From positions 64,001-128,000 of the forward strand of contig CAVXEP010000003.1 in NCBI GenBank assembly GCA_963760795.1: a stretch of DNA of 64,000 nt. Direction: 5' to 3'. The stretch comes from an uncultured delta proteobacterium. Its GTDB lineage: Bacteria > Desulfobacterota > Binatia > UBA9968. The notes under the pieces are model-generated. The model saw only the letters and a program-made list of their open reading frames with translations, was not told the origin of the DNA and made no database searches. How positions within the stretch are numbered: position 1 is the stretch's first letter; each line of letters opens with the position of its first letter. Shown piece after piece: positions 1 to 10,861 of this stretch. The position numbers and the translations under genes were made by a program.

Positions 1-2
1 AG

Positions 3-2708
3 TCACGTTTGCAGCACGACGGGCGTGATTCGTCGGGCCGCGTATTTATCCTCAAAGGCGATGTCATTTCGGCCGAGGATCGCACACTACTGCAGACCGC
101 GGCGCGCGCTGTGCTTTTGAGCCGCCGCGGTACTCTGGCCGAACAAGTCGAACGTCAGCAACGATCTCAAACGCCTGCGCTTGCGCTAACGAGACATCCG
201 CCGGTTAAGGCAGTGGAAGAAGTCTTACCACCGCGGCCGGATTTGCAGTTCTTCAATGGCCTCGGCGGCTTCAGCGCGGACGGCCATGAATACGTGACGA
301 TTCTCGGCGCCGGTCAATGGGCGCCAGCGCCCTGGCTTAATGTGATCGCGAATCCAACTTTTGGTTTTCAGGTCTCTGAATCCGGCTCAGGCTACACCTG
401 GTCGCTAAACAGCCATGAGAACCAACTCACGCCGTGGTCCAATGATCCGGTCAGCGACCCACCAGGCGAGACGATCTACGTGCGCGACGAAGACACTGGC
501 GAGTTGTGGAACCCGACTGTCCTGCCGATCCGCGAGGAAGCTTTCCCCTATACTGCCCGACATGGCCAGGGCTACAGCCGCTTTGAGCATGAGTCGCACG
601 GGATCGCGCTCGACCTCTTGCAGTTTGTACCCCTCACGGACCCAATTAAGATCTCGCGTCTCACAATCGAAAATCACTCAAGTCGATCGCGGCGTCTGTC
701 GGTGACCGCATATGTCGAATGGGTGCTTGGGGTTTCGCGCAGCGCCGCCGCGCCTTTTATTGTCACCGAGATCGACAAAGAAACGGGGGCCATGCTCGCG
801 CGCAACGCCTGGAACAGCGATTTCCCTGGCCGCGTGGCGTTTGCCGACCTGAGCGGGCGCCAAACCGAGTGGACGGGTGATCGGACTGAGTTCCTCGGTC
901 GCAATGGCAGTATGGATCACCCCATATCCCTCGAACGCGGCAACCGACTCTCAGGTAAGGTCGGCGCCGGCCTCGATCCGTGCGCTGCCTTGCAGACGAC
1001 GGTGGAGCTTCGTCCCGGCGGCCGTGTAGAGATCGACTTTTTCCTAGGCGAGGCGCCAACCACGGAAGAGGCGCGGGTGCTGATCGCCCTTTATCGCGGC
1101 ACCGATCTTGATGCGATACTTCGCGCGGTCATGGAGCGCTGGGACAACGTTCTTGGCGCGGTACAGGTGACGACCCCTGATCGCGCGATGAACGTGATGC
1201 TCAATCGCTGGGTGCTTTACCAAACGCTGGCCTGTCGCGTCTGGGCGCGCGCGGCGTTTTATCAGGCGGGCGGCGCCTATGGCTTTCGCGATCAGCTACA
1301 AGACGTAATGGCGCTCATGGTGGCCAATCGAGACGTCGCGCGCGCGCAGCTATTGCGCGCTGCCGCCCGGCAGTTCGTCGAGGGCGATGTCCAGCACTGG
1401 TGGCATCCGCCCTCCGGCCGGGGCGTTCGAACCCGCATTTCCGATGATCTTCTATGGCTGCCGTACGCCGTCAACCACTACCTTGAAGTTACCGGCGACA
1501 ATCCAGTCCTCGACGAGATCGTTCCCTTCCTTGACGGGCCGATCCTCGAGGCTGGACAAGACGAGTCATATTTCGAGCCGCGTGTCTCGGCACAAAGCGC
1601 TACCCTCTTCGAGCATTGCGCACGCGCTCTCGACCGCAGTCTAGTAGTTGGCAGCCATGGCCTGCCGCTGATCGGCACGGGAGATTGGAACGACGGGATG
1701 AACCGGGTCGGATCTGCGGGTAAAGGCGAGAGCGTCTGGCTCGGCTGGTTCCTTCACACTATCCTCTGGGAATTTGCGCGGCTAGCCGACGCACGCGGCG
1801 AGCACCGGCGCGCCGAAATATGGCGGCTCCATGTCAGCGCGCTGAAAGCATCCCTCGAACGTGAGGCGTGGGATGGCGACTGGTATCGGCGCGCCTATTT
1901 TGACGATGGCACCCCGTTGGGCTCGGCGATGAACACGGAGTGCCGCATCGATTCGATCGCCCAATCCTGGGGGGTTCTCTCCGGCGCCGCTGAACGGGCT
2001 CGTGGAGTACGCGCCATGGCGGCGGCCGAAAAGTATCTCGTGCGCCGAGACGACGGTCTCATCCTGCTATTTACTCCGCCCTTTGACCACGCAAGCCCCG
2101 ACCCAGGCTATATCAAAGGATACCTTCCTGGCGTGCGTGAAAACGGCGGCCAATATACCCATGCGGCAATCTGGGTGGTCCTGGCGTTCGCCGCGCTCGG
2201 CGACGGAGACAAGGCCGGCGAACTTTTCGCTCTGTTGAACCCGATTAATCATGCCCGCACGCGCACGGGCGTCTCCCGTTATAAGGTCGAACCGTACGTG
2301 GTCGCCGCTGATATCTATGCCGAACCGCCGCACGTCGGTCGCGGCGGCTGGACCTGGTACACCGGATCTGCAGGCTGGATGTATCGGGCCGGCATCGAGT
2401 GGATCCTCGGCTTTCGGGTGCGCGACAAGAGACTTTATCTTGACCCTTGTATTCCACGCGCATGGCGGCGCTTTGACATTACATTCCGTTATCACTCGGC
2501 GCGCTACGAAATTACCGTCGAGAATCCCCACGGGGTTGCGCGCGGGGTTACATCCATTGAGCTCGATGGCGCATTGCGCGCAGGCAGCCGCATGTATGTA
2601 CAACTCGCAGATGACGGCGCAACGCACCATGTGCGCGTTATGCTTGGCGCCGAGGGTCCGTCCGTCGCGCTCCAAGACGCAACGATGCCAACCGCTGTAA
2701 CCCCGTGA
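3..2708 (+). CDS. GH94 glycoside phosphorylase domain, C-terminal part of a cyclic beta-1,2-glucan synthase (NdvB/ChvB-like); 5' truncated by window edge
   Basis: Frame is open from the window start. GH94 motifs FNGLGGF, PWLNVIAN, FYQAGGAYGFRDQLQD, GTGDWNDG, ENGGQYTHAA, GRGGWTWYTGSAGW. Confidence 0.9.
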   Translation, partial: SRLQHDGRDSSGRVFILKGDVISAEDRTLLQTAARAVLLSRRGTLAEQVERQQRSQTPALALTRHPPVKAVEEVLPPRPDLQFFNGLGGFSADGHEYVTILGAGQWAPAPWLNVIANPTFGFQVSESGSGYTWSLNSHENQLTPWSNDPVSDPPGETIYVRDEDTGELWNPTVLPIREEAFPYTARHGQGYSRFEHESHGIALDLLQFVPLTDPIKISRLTIENHSSRSRRLSVTAYVEWVLGVSRSAAAPFIVTEIDKETGAMLARNAWNSDFPGRVAFADLSGRQTEWTGDRTEFLGRNGSMDHPISLERGNRLSGKVGAGLDPCAALQTTVELRPGGRVEIDFFLGEAPTTEEARVLIALYRGTDLDAILRAVMERWDNVLGAVQVTTPDRAMNVMLNRWVLYQTLACRVWARAAFYQAGGAYGFRDQLQDVMALMVANRDVARAQLLRAAARQFVEGDVQHWWHPPSGRGVRTRISDDLLWLPYAVNHYLEVTGDNPVLDEIVPFLDGPILEAGQDESYFEPRVSAQSATLFEHCARALDRSLVVGSHGLPLIGTGDWNDGMNRVGSAGKGESVWLGWFLHTILWEFARLADARGEHRRAEIWRLHVSALKASLEREAWDGDWYRRAYFDDGTPLGSAMNTECRIDSIAQSWGVLSGAAERARGVRAMAAAEKYLVRRDDGLILLFTPPFDHASPDPGYIKGYLPGVRENGGQYTHAAIWVVLAFAALGDGDKAGELFALLNPINHARTRTGVSRYKVEPYVVAADIYAEPPHVGRGGWTWYTGSAGWMYRAGIEWILGFRVRDKRLYLDPCIPRAWRRFDITFRYHSARYEITVENPHGVARGVTSIELDGALRAGSRMYVQLADDGATHHVRVMLGAEGPSVALQDATMPTAVTP

Positions 2709-2817
2709 GCACCCTGGTGGTCCGCTCAAACCGCCGGCAACATGTTCGCGCTGGATTGGCACGCTTGGGCGGACGGCTGTTCGAGCGGCGCGGTTTAACA
2801 ACCACGGTGTAACCACA

Positions 2818-3945
2818 ATGACAAACGTGACTTCCCTCCCCATGGAAATCCGCCCGACGCTGACGATCCAAGCCGGTCTGTGCTATGTCAGCTTTGCTTA
2901 CGACGCGGCGCGCTCCATCGATCTCGATAAGGCAGAGGCACGCGTTCATGAAGCTACGCAACGTTCGACCCTGCGGCACCAACGGCCCGCCGCGAGCTAC
3001 TTCGAGTATCAGCCAGCGCCGCTCCGACTGACTCAAGAGACCGAAGCAATCAAGCTTGGGGATTTTCTCACCCGACCGAGTGTCGATCTCCAGTTTTACG
3101 ATTTCGGCGCGGTGGCGGTGACCTATACGGTCGACATTGCCGGGCGATTTAGCGAACTGCTGACGTTGAGCGAAGAACTCTATGACAACGAGCCCTTGCT
3201 TGCCGACTCGCGGCTGCGGGTCGGCCAATTGCTGCAGGTCATCGGCGATGCGGCGGCGCAAGCCCATCACTCGCCGGTGGTTGAAGACTATATCGTCTTT
3301 CACATCGCGTCTTTTGTTGAAGCGATCGACGTCAACCTTTTCCATGCCGAGCATAGTCAGGAAATCGCGCGGATTTTGCGCGCCGAACGGCGGCTCTTGT
3401 CGGAGCAGGAAGTCGCCGACGCATTCGTCGCGCGGATTTCCTACGGAATGGAAGACCTGACCATCGTCGATTGGAATGCCGCCCTGCTCATCGATCGCGA
3501 GGGCGACGATGTCCGCGCGGTTCTCGAGTATGCCAATGTCGAGCTATTGGAAATGCGTTACCTGGATCAAAAACTCGACCACGCCCTGAACCAAGCCTAC
3601 GATACGCTTTCACAGCGCTCGTTCAGCCTGCCCCGTCTTTTAGGCTACTACGGCGCCGATCTGCGCAGCGTCGCCGAACTCCAGGTCGATAATGCGATCC
3701 TTTTCGAAGGGGTCAACAACACACTTAAGCTTTTGGGCGACCAGTATCTCGCGCGCGTCTATCGCTTGGTCAACCGGCGTTTTCACCTCGACGAATGGGA
3801 CACCAGCATTCTGCGAAAATTGCAAACCCTGGAGAGCATTTACGAAAAAATTTCTGATCAGGCCTCCAACCGGCGCATGGAGATATTGGAATGGGTGATC
3901 GTTCTACTCATCGCCTTCTCCATCGGCCTCGAATTAGTGCATTGA
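2818..3945 (+). CDS. RMD1/DUF155-like family membrane-anchored protein
   Basis: 375-aa ORF with FYDFGAV, EDY and a C-terminal hydrophobic MEILEWVIVLLIAF, as typical of RMD1/YagE-like proteins. Confidence 0.6.
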   Translation: MTNVTSLPMEIRPTLTIQAGLCYVSFAYDAARSIDLDKAEARVHEATQRSTLRHQRPAASYFEYQPAPLRLTQETEAIKLGDFLTRPSVDLQFYDFGAVAVTYTVDIAGRFSELLTLSEELYDNEPLLADSRLRVGQLLQVIGDAAAQAHHSPVVEDYIVFHIASFVEAIDVNLFHAEHSQEIARILRAERRLLSEQEVADAFVARISYGMEDLTIVDWNAALLIDREGDDVRAVLEYANVELLEMRYLDQKLDHALNQAYDTLSQRSFSLPRLLGYYGADLRSVAELQVDNAILFEGVNNTLKLLGDQYLARVYRLVNRRFHLDEWDTSILRKLQTLESIYEKISDQASNRRMEILEWVIVLLIAFSIGLELVH

Positions 3946-4083
3946 TCGCAACCGCCGGTATTCTACTTCGATATCGCTCTTTTCGACGTCACGGGACATG
4001 CCATTAACGGCAGCCAAGATTGGACGCTAGCAACGGGAAGTGTTCCCTACCTGATTTTTTTAACCAGGTCAGAATAGGCCGCC

Positions 4084-5174
4084 ACGTCGACAAACATGAA
4101 CGCCAATGAAGTGATCGCCACTCGCGCCCGAGAGATCATAGAAAATCAAAACGTTCATCCCAACGATCATGTGAACATGTGCCAGTCTTCGAACGATGTG
4201 TTTCCTGCGGCGATCCACCTCGCCGCCGTGATGGAACTGCAAGAGCGACTGCTGCCGGCGCTCGGCCACCTACGCGAAGAGCTCTTGCGCAAAGCGCGAG
4301 ATCATGACGACGTCGTCAAGACCGGTCGGACCCATTTATATGGACGCGATGCCCGATTCGATTGAGTCAGCAAGTCGGCGGTTGGGCGGCACAGATACGT
4401 CTGGCCACGGATCGCCTGACCGCTACGCTGCCACGCTTGAGCGAACTCGCGCTCGGCGGCACGGCGGTCGGCACCGGAATCAATGCCCATCCAGAGTTTG
4501 GCGCCCGCGTCGCCGCGCGAATCTCGCTCATGACTGGATTTAGTTTTGTCGAAAGTCCAAATCACTTCGCGTCCCAATCCGCGCGAGACAGCGCCGTCGA
4601 GCTCAGCGACCAGTTAAAAACCTTGGCGCTCGCGCTAATGAACATCGCCAATGATCTGCGCGCTGGATGAACTCCGGCCTCTAGGCAGGACTCGGCGAAA
4701 TTGTTCTGCCGGCCTTGCAGCCGGGCAGCTCCATCATGCCGGGCAAGATCAGTCCGGTGAGTCGGTGATGATGGTTGCGGCTCAGGTGATCGGCAACGAC
4801 GCAACCATTGCTGTGGCCGCGAGCCACGGCAATTTTGAACTGCAAACGATGTTGCCGCTGATAGCGTATAATTTACTGCAGAGCCTGCAAATCCTAGCCA
4901 ACGCCAGCCGCCTATTGGCCGATACGCGGTAGCTGGGTTTACCGTAAACCGAGCGGCAATCGCCGCACAGATCGAAAAGAATTCAATCCTGGTGACCGCA
5001 CTGAACTCCATCCTTGGCTATGACAAAGCCGCCGAGATCGCCAAACAAGCCTACGCCGAAGGCCGGCCAATTAAAGATGTAGCGGCGGAAACCACAAGGC
5101 TCTCAGCGGAACAACTCGGCGGATTATTATTGGACCCGCGCGAACTCACGCGGGGTGGCATCAAAGGCGGGTAA
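4084..5174 (+). pseudogene. fumC: class II fumarate hydratase/aspartase pseudogene (5' truncated, several frameshifts)
   Basis: Fragments in different frames: [66 protein letters not shown]. About the first 100 codons are absent. Confidence 0.85.
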
Positions 5175-5308
5175 CCAGCGGATGAATCAGATGAGTGCTT
5201 TCGTCGCCGTTATCACCGGCCAGATTCTTGCGGAAAAAGAGCGGCATCGCCAACGAGGTTACCGTGGCGCAGTTGTCGCAGCGCCGGCGAGGGATGATTT
5301 CCTTCTTG

Positions 5309-5343
5309 GGGGGGAACAGACCTGGCCTGTTCCCCCCTTCTTT
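5309..5343. terminator. intrinsic terminator-like hairpin between convergent fumC and the ABC permease gene
   Basis: Perfect 11-bp stem GGGGGGAACAG/CTGTTCCCCCC, 7-nt loop, followed by TTCTTT. Confidence 0.6.
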
Positions 5344-5399
5344 GCCTGATTGCTGTGCAGTTATTACGTCAACTAAGACGAAGATGAATCGTGGATAAC

Positions 5400-6242
5400 C
5401 TATTCCGCAGACCCCACGACGGGACGCCAGCGATTAAAGCGCTTCTCCACACGGGTGATCAACTCGGTTCCGATCATTCCGGTAAGCGCGAATACGAGCA
5501 CGCCGACAAAAACTTTATCGGTCTGGAAGGTGGCGCCGGCAACCGTGATCATAAAACCGATGCCGGCGGTGGCGGCATAAAGCTCGCCAACCATGACACC
5601 GACAATCGCCCTGCCAAGTCCGAGCCTCAATCCAGTCAGGATAAAAGGAACCGTAGAGGGAAGCACCACGGTCTTGAAGAGCATCCACTCGGAAGCGCCG
5701 AAACTCCGGGCGGCGGTAAGGAGATTCGAGGGTGTGGTCTTCACCCCATCGCGCGCATTGATCAAGATGGGAAAAACCGCGCCGAGGAAGATGATACCGA
5801 CCTTGGAGAGTATGCCGATCCCCAACCAGATGATGACCAGGGGCAAAAGTGCCACGCGCGGGGTCGCGTTCATCGCGTTGACAAAGGGATCGAATATGTA
5901 GGCTATTTTCTTGTACCAGCCGATGGCGATGCCAAAGGGAACGGCAACGACGACCGATAACAAATAGCCCCCGGCAAGTTCGATACCGCTGATGTAAAGG
6001 TCATTGTAGATTTCGCCGGAAGCAAACATCTGAAAGGCCGCCTTCCCAACCAAAGACGGCGCGCTCATGAACATCGGATTTATTAATTGAAAGGTATTTC
6101 CAACCAGCTCCCATATAACCAAGAAGATGGTAACCGCGGCAGTGCCGAGAATTTTCTTCTCCTGGTTCAGGTAGAATTTGAACAAAGGCGACGCCTCAGC
6201 GACGCGCACATCTAAAAGTAGTTCTTCGGTGGAATTAGCCAT
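5400..6242 (-). CDS. ABC transporter permease, NitT/TauT (SsuC-like) family
   Basis: Multiple TM helices, TPRVALLPL, EAA-like loop AARSFGAS, VVLPSTVPFILTGLRLG. Confidence 0.9.
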   Translation of the reverse strand: MANSTEELLLDVRVAEASPLFKFYLNQEKKILGTAAVTIFLVIWELVGNTFQLINPMFMSAPSLVGKAAFQMFASGEIYNDLYISGIELAGGYLLSVVVAVPFGIAIGWYKKIAYIFDPFVNAMNATPRVALLPLVIIWLGIGILSKVGIIFLGAVFPILINARDGVKTTPSNLLTAARSFGASEWMLFKTVVLPSTVPFILTGLRLGLGRAIVGVMVGELYAATAGIGFMITVAGATFQTDKVFVGVLVFALTGMIGTELITRVEKRFNRWRPVVGSAE

Positions 6243-6262
6243 GGTTTTCTTCCTTTCGTTGT

Positions 6263-6736
6263 TTATTCGGCGTTTGTTGATTTAGTCGGCGTCATATTAA
6301 CTGCAGTGTTAGGCGGCGCTTCGATACCTTCGATCAAACCCTGTAATATCTTCACGAATTTCGGACCGGAGGACTGCAATTCTTGCAGATGATGGAGTGA
6401 GAGTTTTTTGAGAAGCTCTTCGCCGTCGTGAGTCAGTTTGACCAGGACTTGCCGGCGATCGTCGCTGGCGCGCAAGCGCAAAAGAAACCCTCGGTCGGCC
6501 AGCCGGTCGACAAGCTCAACGGTACTGTGGTGTTGCAACTGCATCCGTTCGGCGAGCACGCCAATGGTGGGTTTCAAGTTCTTGGGTAATCCCTTCACGG
6601 CTAAAAGAAGCTGGTGCTGTTGGGGCTCTATCCCTGCGTGCCGAGCTGCGGTTTCGCTAAAGCGCAAGAAACAGCGAATTTGATAGCGCAACTCGGCCAT
6701 CGCTTTGAAGTCGGGAAGGTTTTTGTTGTTTGCCAT
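6263..6736 (-). CDS. MarR-family transcriptional regulator
   Basis: Winged-HTH signature LAERMQLQHHSTVELVDRL...DRRQVLVKLT. Confidence 0.9.
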   Translation of the reverse strand: MANNKNLPDFKAMAELRYQIRCFLRFSETAARHAGIEPQQHQLLLAVKGLPKNLKPTIGVLAERMQLQHHSTVELVDRLADRGFLLRLRASDDRRQVLVKLTHDGEELLKKLSLHHLQELQSSGPKFVKILQGLIEGIEAPPNTAVNMTPTKSTNAE

Positions 6737-6742
6737 AATTAG

Positions 6743-6767
6743 ATCGTGTCACGATAGTATCGTAACA
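6743..6767. promoter_or_regulatory. palindromic operator, likely MarR autoregulatory site
   Basis: TGTCACGATA-G-TATCGTAACA (9/10 inverted repeat) overlapping ATCGT-N3-ACGAT, immediately upstream of the marR start codon. Confidence 0.6.
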
Positions 6768-7861
6768 AGACATAAAATATTTACTGGATTAAGTCAACCG
6801 CGTTGGGAATTTAATCACCTCTCGATTCACCCCTCGGGCGAACCGGTAGGCGCGGGTAATATGTACGACGGCTCCTACCTTAGCTTCCTTCCAAGAGGAC
6901 AGAGTCGGGTGCCAGGTGCTTGAATGAGCTTTTGACGCGTGCTCATCGCGGCAAGAATCGCCCGTCCCAAACCTGCCGGCGGAACGGTCGTCATCGAGCA
7001 TCGCTCCATGTTCGAGGAAGCAGGTGGGACAACGCCGTAACGCAGCGCTTACTTGGGCAATCGGGTTGCGTCGAATCGGCAATTGGCAATACCAGGTCGG
7101 ACCTATCAAATACCTCGGAATCAAGTCCTCACCGTCAACACCCATTGAGCAGCGCAGTCTTATAGTTGGGCTCGGCGTGGACAACTGCGACGCTGCATTG
7201 GCGTTGTCGTTATCTTCACTACAGCAAAATCATTTTTTCTCGGACAGGATAGCCGGTGGCGCCAGCGTAGGGTGTTCTTGTAATGCTTGACAGTTTGCGC
7301 GGCTCGCGCAAATTTTCTCAGCTCAGAGCGTCTCGGGTTCGGATATTCCTTGCGTCAAAAACGCTTAGGTGGCGCGAAGCATGAATCGCCCCTACTATTT
7401 TTACTGTTCATTTGCGTTTTTGGCGCGAGATATTCCGGTTTCGCTTGTGGCTCTGCCGCGCTTGGGTAGGTGCGGTTTTTTGCAACGAAAGCGCTCTTTA
7501 GGCCCGGAATTTTCCTAAGTAATTGGCCTTCGCGCAAAGAATTTCTTGACAACAACATTGAGCTAGGTAATGAACTTTGGCATTAATGCTTTTCGCCTAG
7601 AGTCTTCAACGGATCGGCGATTTCTCGCGGCGAAGCAATAGTCGCAAGGAGTATGGCTATGGCAACGCGACCGGCCGTCGCCGGCGGCAATGGGCGGCCA
7701 GACGCAATGAGCGCGTCTGCAAGAATTTAAAGGAGAGCGTGAAATCAATGGTCCGCAACGTCGTCCGATTATCGCACGCAAACTGCCAACCTGCTCGTGA
7801 ATGGTGAGCCGCACAACCAAAGGTCCGCCCGGCGCCAAAACCGGCGGCGAATGATTCACCG

Positions 7862-10849
7862 ATGGCTCCGAAGAAACCAGCCAACCGTGCGCAACGACCG
7901 TTTGCCGGCGCGCCGCGCGCCGGCAAACGGTCTGCACAGAACCAACCCACGCCGTCGGCCACCGCGCCGGCCACGCCCGCCGCCAGTGGGCGCGAACGGC
8001 GATTTCCGATCGTCGGCATCGGCGCTTCGGCGGGTGGGCTAGAGGCGCTCGACGAGTTGTTCGCGCACATGCCGAAGGACACCGGCATGGCCTTCGTCGT
8101 CATCACCCATCAGCATCCGGGCCACACGAGCCTCTTGCCGGAGCTGCTGGGCAAGATCACGAACCTCACAGTGCGCCAGGCTGCAGACGGGCTGAAGGTC
8201 GAGCCGGACCACGTCTATGTCAGCCCGCCGGGCGGCCACCTGGCGATCCTGGGCGGCACGCTGCACCGGATGGAAACCGAGAAGAAGGAGGCGCCGCATC
8301 TGCCGATTGACTATTTCTTTCGCTCGCTGGCCGTGGACCAGAAGGACAAGGCGATCTGCATCGTTCTCTCCGGCACGGGCACCGACGGCACGCTCGGCTT
8401 GAAGGCGGTCAAGGGCGAGTCGGGCATGGCGATGGTGCAGCGTGTGCAGTCGGCTAAATACGCCGGCATGCCGAGCAGCGCGGTGGCCACCGGCCTGGCG
8501 GATTATGTGCTGCCGGCGACGGAGATGCCGCAGCGGCTGGTCGCCTACGCGCGCTGGCCGTATCTTGCCGCCGCGCGTTTCGAGGAGACGCCCGCCACGT
8601 TACCGGAACCGATGCAGAAGATATTCGTGCTGCTGCGCGCGCGCACCGGCCATGACTTTTCCTCTTACAAATCAAACACGATCCTGCGGCGCATCGAACG
8701 GCGGATGAATCTGCACCAGATCAAGGGGCCGGCGGATTATGTCCGCTATCTCCAGGACAACCCGCACGAGATTGATTTTCTGTTCAAAGAGCTGCTGATC
8801 AGCGTGACGAACTTCTTCCGCGATCCGGAGGCCTTCGAAGCGCTCGAGAAGTCGGCGCTGCCGGCGCTGCTGAAATCACGCCCGGACGATTGCAACTTGC
8901 GCGTCTGGGTGCCGGGCTGTGCCACCGGCGAGGAGCTGTACTCGCTGGCGATCCTCATGCGCGAATACCTGGAGACCACCAAGCGCCACTGCAACGTGCA
9001 GCTGTTCGGCACGGACCTGGACAACGACGCCATCGAAGCGGCGCGCAACGGCCGCTACCCGGAGGGCATTTCCAGCGATGTCTCGCCGCAGCGTCTGGAG
9101 CGCTACTTCACCCGCGAAGACAGCACTTATCGCATCCGCAAGGACATCCGCGAGATGGCCGTCTTCGCCGTGCAGAACCTGATCAAGGATCCGCCCTTCA
9201 CCAAGCTCGACCTGATCTCCTGCCGCAACCTGCTGATCTATCTGAACGCGGAGCTGCAGCACCGGCTCGTGCCGCTGTTACACTACGCGCTCAAACCCGG
9301 GGGCTTGTTGTTTCTCGGCTCCTCGGAGACCATCGGCGGCTTTGGCGATCTGTTCGAAGTGGTGGACAAGAAGTGGAAGATTTTCCGGCGCAAGGCAGGT
9401 GGCCTCGGGGCGCATCCGCCAATGGCGTTTCCGGTGCAGCCCACGATCGCGGCGCTGGAAGCGCGCGTGCCCGCGGCGATTCGGCCGGCGCGGGAGTCGA
9501 ACATCGCCGGCCCCGTGGACCGGCTGCTGCTCGCGCGCTTCGCTCCCGCCAGCGTGGTCGTCAGCGAGCGCGGAGACCTGGTCTATATTCACGGCCGCAC
9601 CGGCGCGTATCTCGAGCCCGCCGCTGGCCAGCCCCGGCTCAACATTCTCGACATGGCGCGCGAAGGGCTGCAGCACGACCTCGCTGCCGCGCTACGGCGG
9701 GCGGCCGCGCAGGACACCGAGGTGACCCGCGAAGGCGTGCGCGTCAGGAGCAACGGTGACTTCAGCTACGTGAACCTCAGCGTCACGAAGATTCACGAAC
9801 CGGAGAGCGTGCGCGGCCTATTGCTGGTGACCTTCCGGCCACGCCCCGCGGCCGTGAAAGCGGCCAAGGCGAAGGGCCGCGCACACAGCAAGCTCGAGGC
9901 GAGCCGCGTCGAGGAACTCGAACGCGACTTACGGAGCACCCAGGAATCGCTGCAAACAACGATCGAGGAACTGGCAACCGCCAACGAGGAGCTCAAGTCG
10001 ACCAACGAGGAGTTGCAATCGACCAACGAGGAATTGCAGAGCACCAACGAGGAGATGGAAACCTCCAAGGAGGAGATGCAGTCGCTCAACGAAGAGCTGA
10101 CCACGGTCAATGCCGAAATGCTTTCGAAGGTCGAGGACTTGTCCCGGACCAACGACGACATGCATAACCTGCTCAACAGCACGGAGGTGGCAACGATCTT
10201 CCTCGACGCCGAGTTAAAAATCAAACGCTACACCGAGCAGGCCCGGCAATTGATCCATCTGATCCAGACCGACCTAGGGCGGCCGCTCGCTCATCTGGCG
10301 TCGAGCCTGGCCTATGAGAAGCTCGTCGATGACTGCCGGGAAGTGCTTCGCACCCTAACCTTCAAGCTCGCCGAAGTGCGCTCCAAGGATGGCCGCTGGT
10401 ATCTGATGCGCATCATGCCCTACCGCACCGCCGAGAACGTCATCGATGGCGTGGTCATCACCTTCGTCGACATCAACCCGGTCAAGGCGGCGGAGAAGTC
10501 GCTGCTGCGGATGTCGAAGGTATTTCTGGACGGACCCGAGCCAATGATGATCCTGGATCTCTCAGGGCGGATCATCGCTGTGAATGACGAAGCCGAGCGC
10601 GCTTGTGGCTGGACGCGCCAGGAAATGATCGGTCAACCATTCCAAATGATCGTGCCCAAATCGCGCCAGGAAACTGCCCACGAAGCGCTCGGCAGATGCC
10701 TCGCCGGCGCAACCGTCCGCGCTGTCGAATGCCCGTCCGTAACCAAGGCCGGTCGCGAACTGCCGGGCATGGTTACGCTCAAACTGTTGACCGACGATCG
10801 CGGCCAGCCGGACGCCATCTGCGTGATCGCAAAGCATCCCGTTGTCTGA
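7862..10849 (+). CDS. CheB methylesterase-CheR methyltransferase fusion with coiled coil and PAS domains
   Basis: GIGASAGG, THQHP and GTGTDG (CheB triad); ISVTNFFRD, WVPGCATGEE, DLISCRNLLIY (CheR); NEELQST repeats; C-terminal PAS. Confidence 0.93.
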   Translation: MAPKKPANRAQRPFAGAPRAGKRSAQNQPTPSATAPATPAASGRERRFPIVGIGASAGGLEALDELFAHMPKDTGMAFVVITHQHPGHTSLLPELLGKITNLTVRQAADGLKVEPDHVYVSPPGGHLAILGGTLHRMETEKKEAPHLPIDYFFRSLAVDQKDKAICIVLSGTGTDGTLGLKAVKGESGMAMVQRVQSAKYAGMPSSAVATGLADYVLPATEMPQRLVAYARWPYLAAARFEETPATLPEPMQKIFVLLRARTGHDFSSYKSNTILRRIERRMNLHQIKGPADYVRYLQDNPHEIDFLFKELLISVTNFFRDPEAFEALEKSALPALLKSRPDDCNLRVWVPGCATGEELYSLAILMREYLETTKRHCNVQLFGTDLDNDAIEAARNGRYPEGISSDVSPQRLERYFTREDSTYRIRKDIREMAVFAVQNLIKDPPFTKLDLISCRNLLIYLNAELQHRLVPLLHYALKPGGLLFLGSSETIGGFGDLFEVVDKKWKIFRRKAGGLGAHPPMAFPVQPTIAALEARVPAAIRPARESNIAGPVDRLLLARFAPASVVVSERGDLVYIHGRTGAYLEPAAGQPRLNILDMAREGLQHDLAAALRRAAAQDTEVTREGVRVRSNGDFSYVNLSVTKIHEPESVRGLLLVTFRPRPAAVKAAKAKGRAHSKLEASRVEELERDLRSTQESLQTTIEELATANEELKSTNEELQSTNEELQSTNEEMETSKEEMQSLNEELTTVNAEMLSKVEDLSRTNDDMHNLLNSTEVATIFLDAELKIKRYTEQARQLIHLIQTDLGRPLAHLASSLAYEKLVDDCREVLRTLTFKLAEVRSKDGRWYLMRIMPYRTAENVIDGVVITFVDINPVKAAEKSLLRMSKVFLDGPEPMMILDLSGRIIAVNDEAERACGWTRQEMIGQPFQMIVPKSRQETAHEALGRCLAGATVRAVECPSVTKAGRELPGMVTLKLLTDDRGQPDAICVIAKHPVV
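9981..10064 (+). repeat. 21-nt coding tandem repeat (NEELQST heptads)
   Basis: ccaacgagga recurs at 9981, 10002, 10023 and 10044. Confidence 0.85.
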
Positions 10850-10861
10850 GCAGTTCCTGCC

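Noticed and set aside
6820-6900. GGGGTGAATC (c-di-AMP riboswitch word) and GGAAGGAAGC (SRP RNA word) on the minus strand
   Set aside because: The other conserved blocks (CCCGAACCCGTCAGCTAAC; CAGG...AGCAG) are absent.
9981-10064. 21-nt repeats as a possible CRISPR or VNTR
   Set aside because: These are in-frame coding heptads of the CheBR coiled coil, with no spacers.
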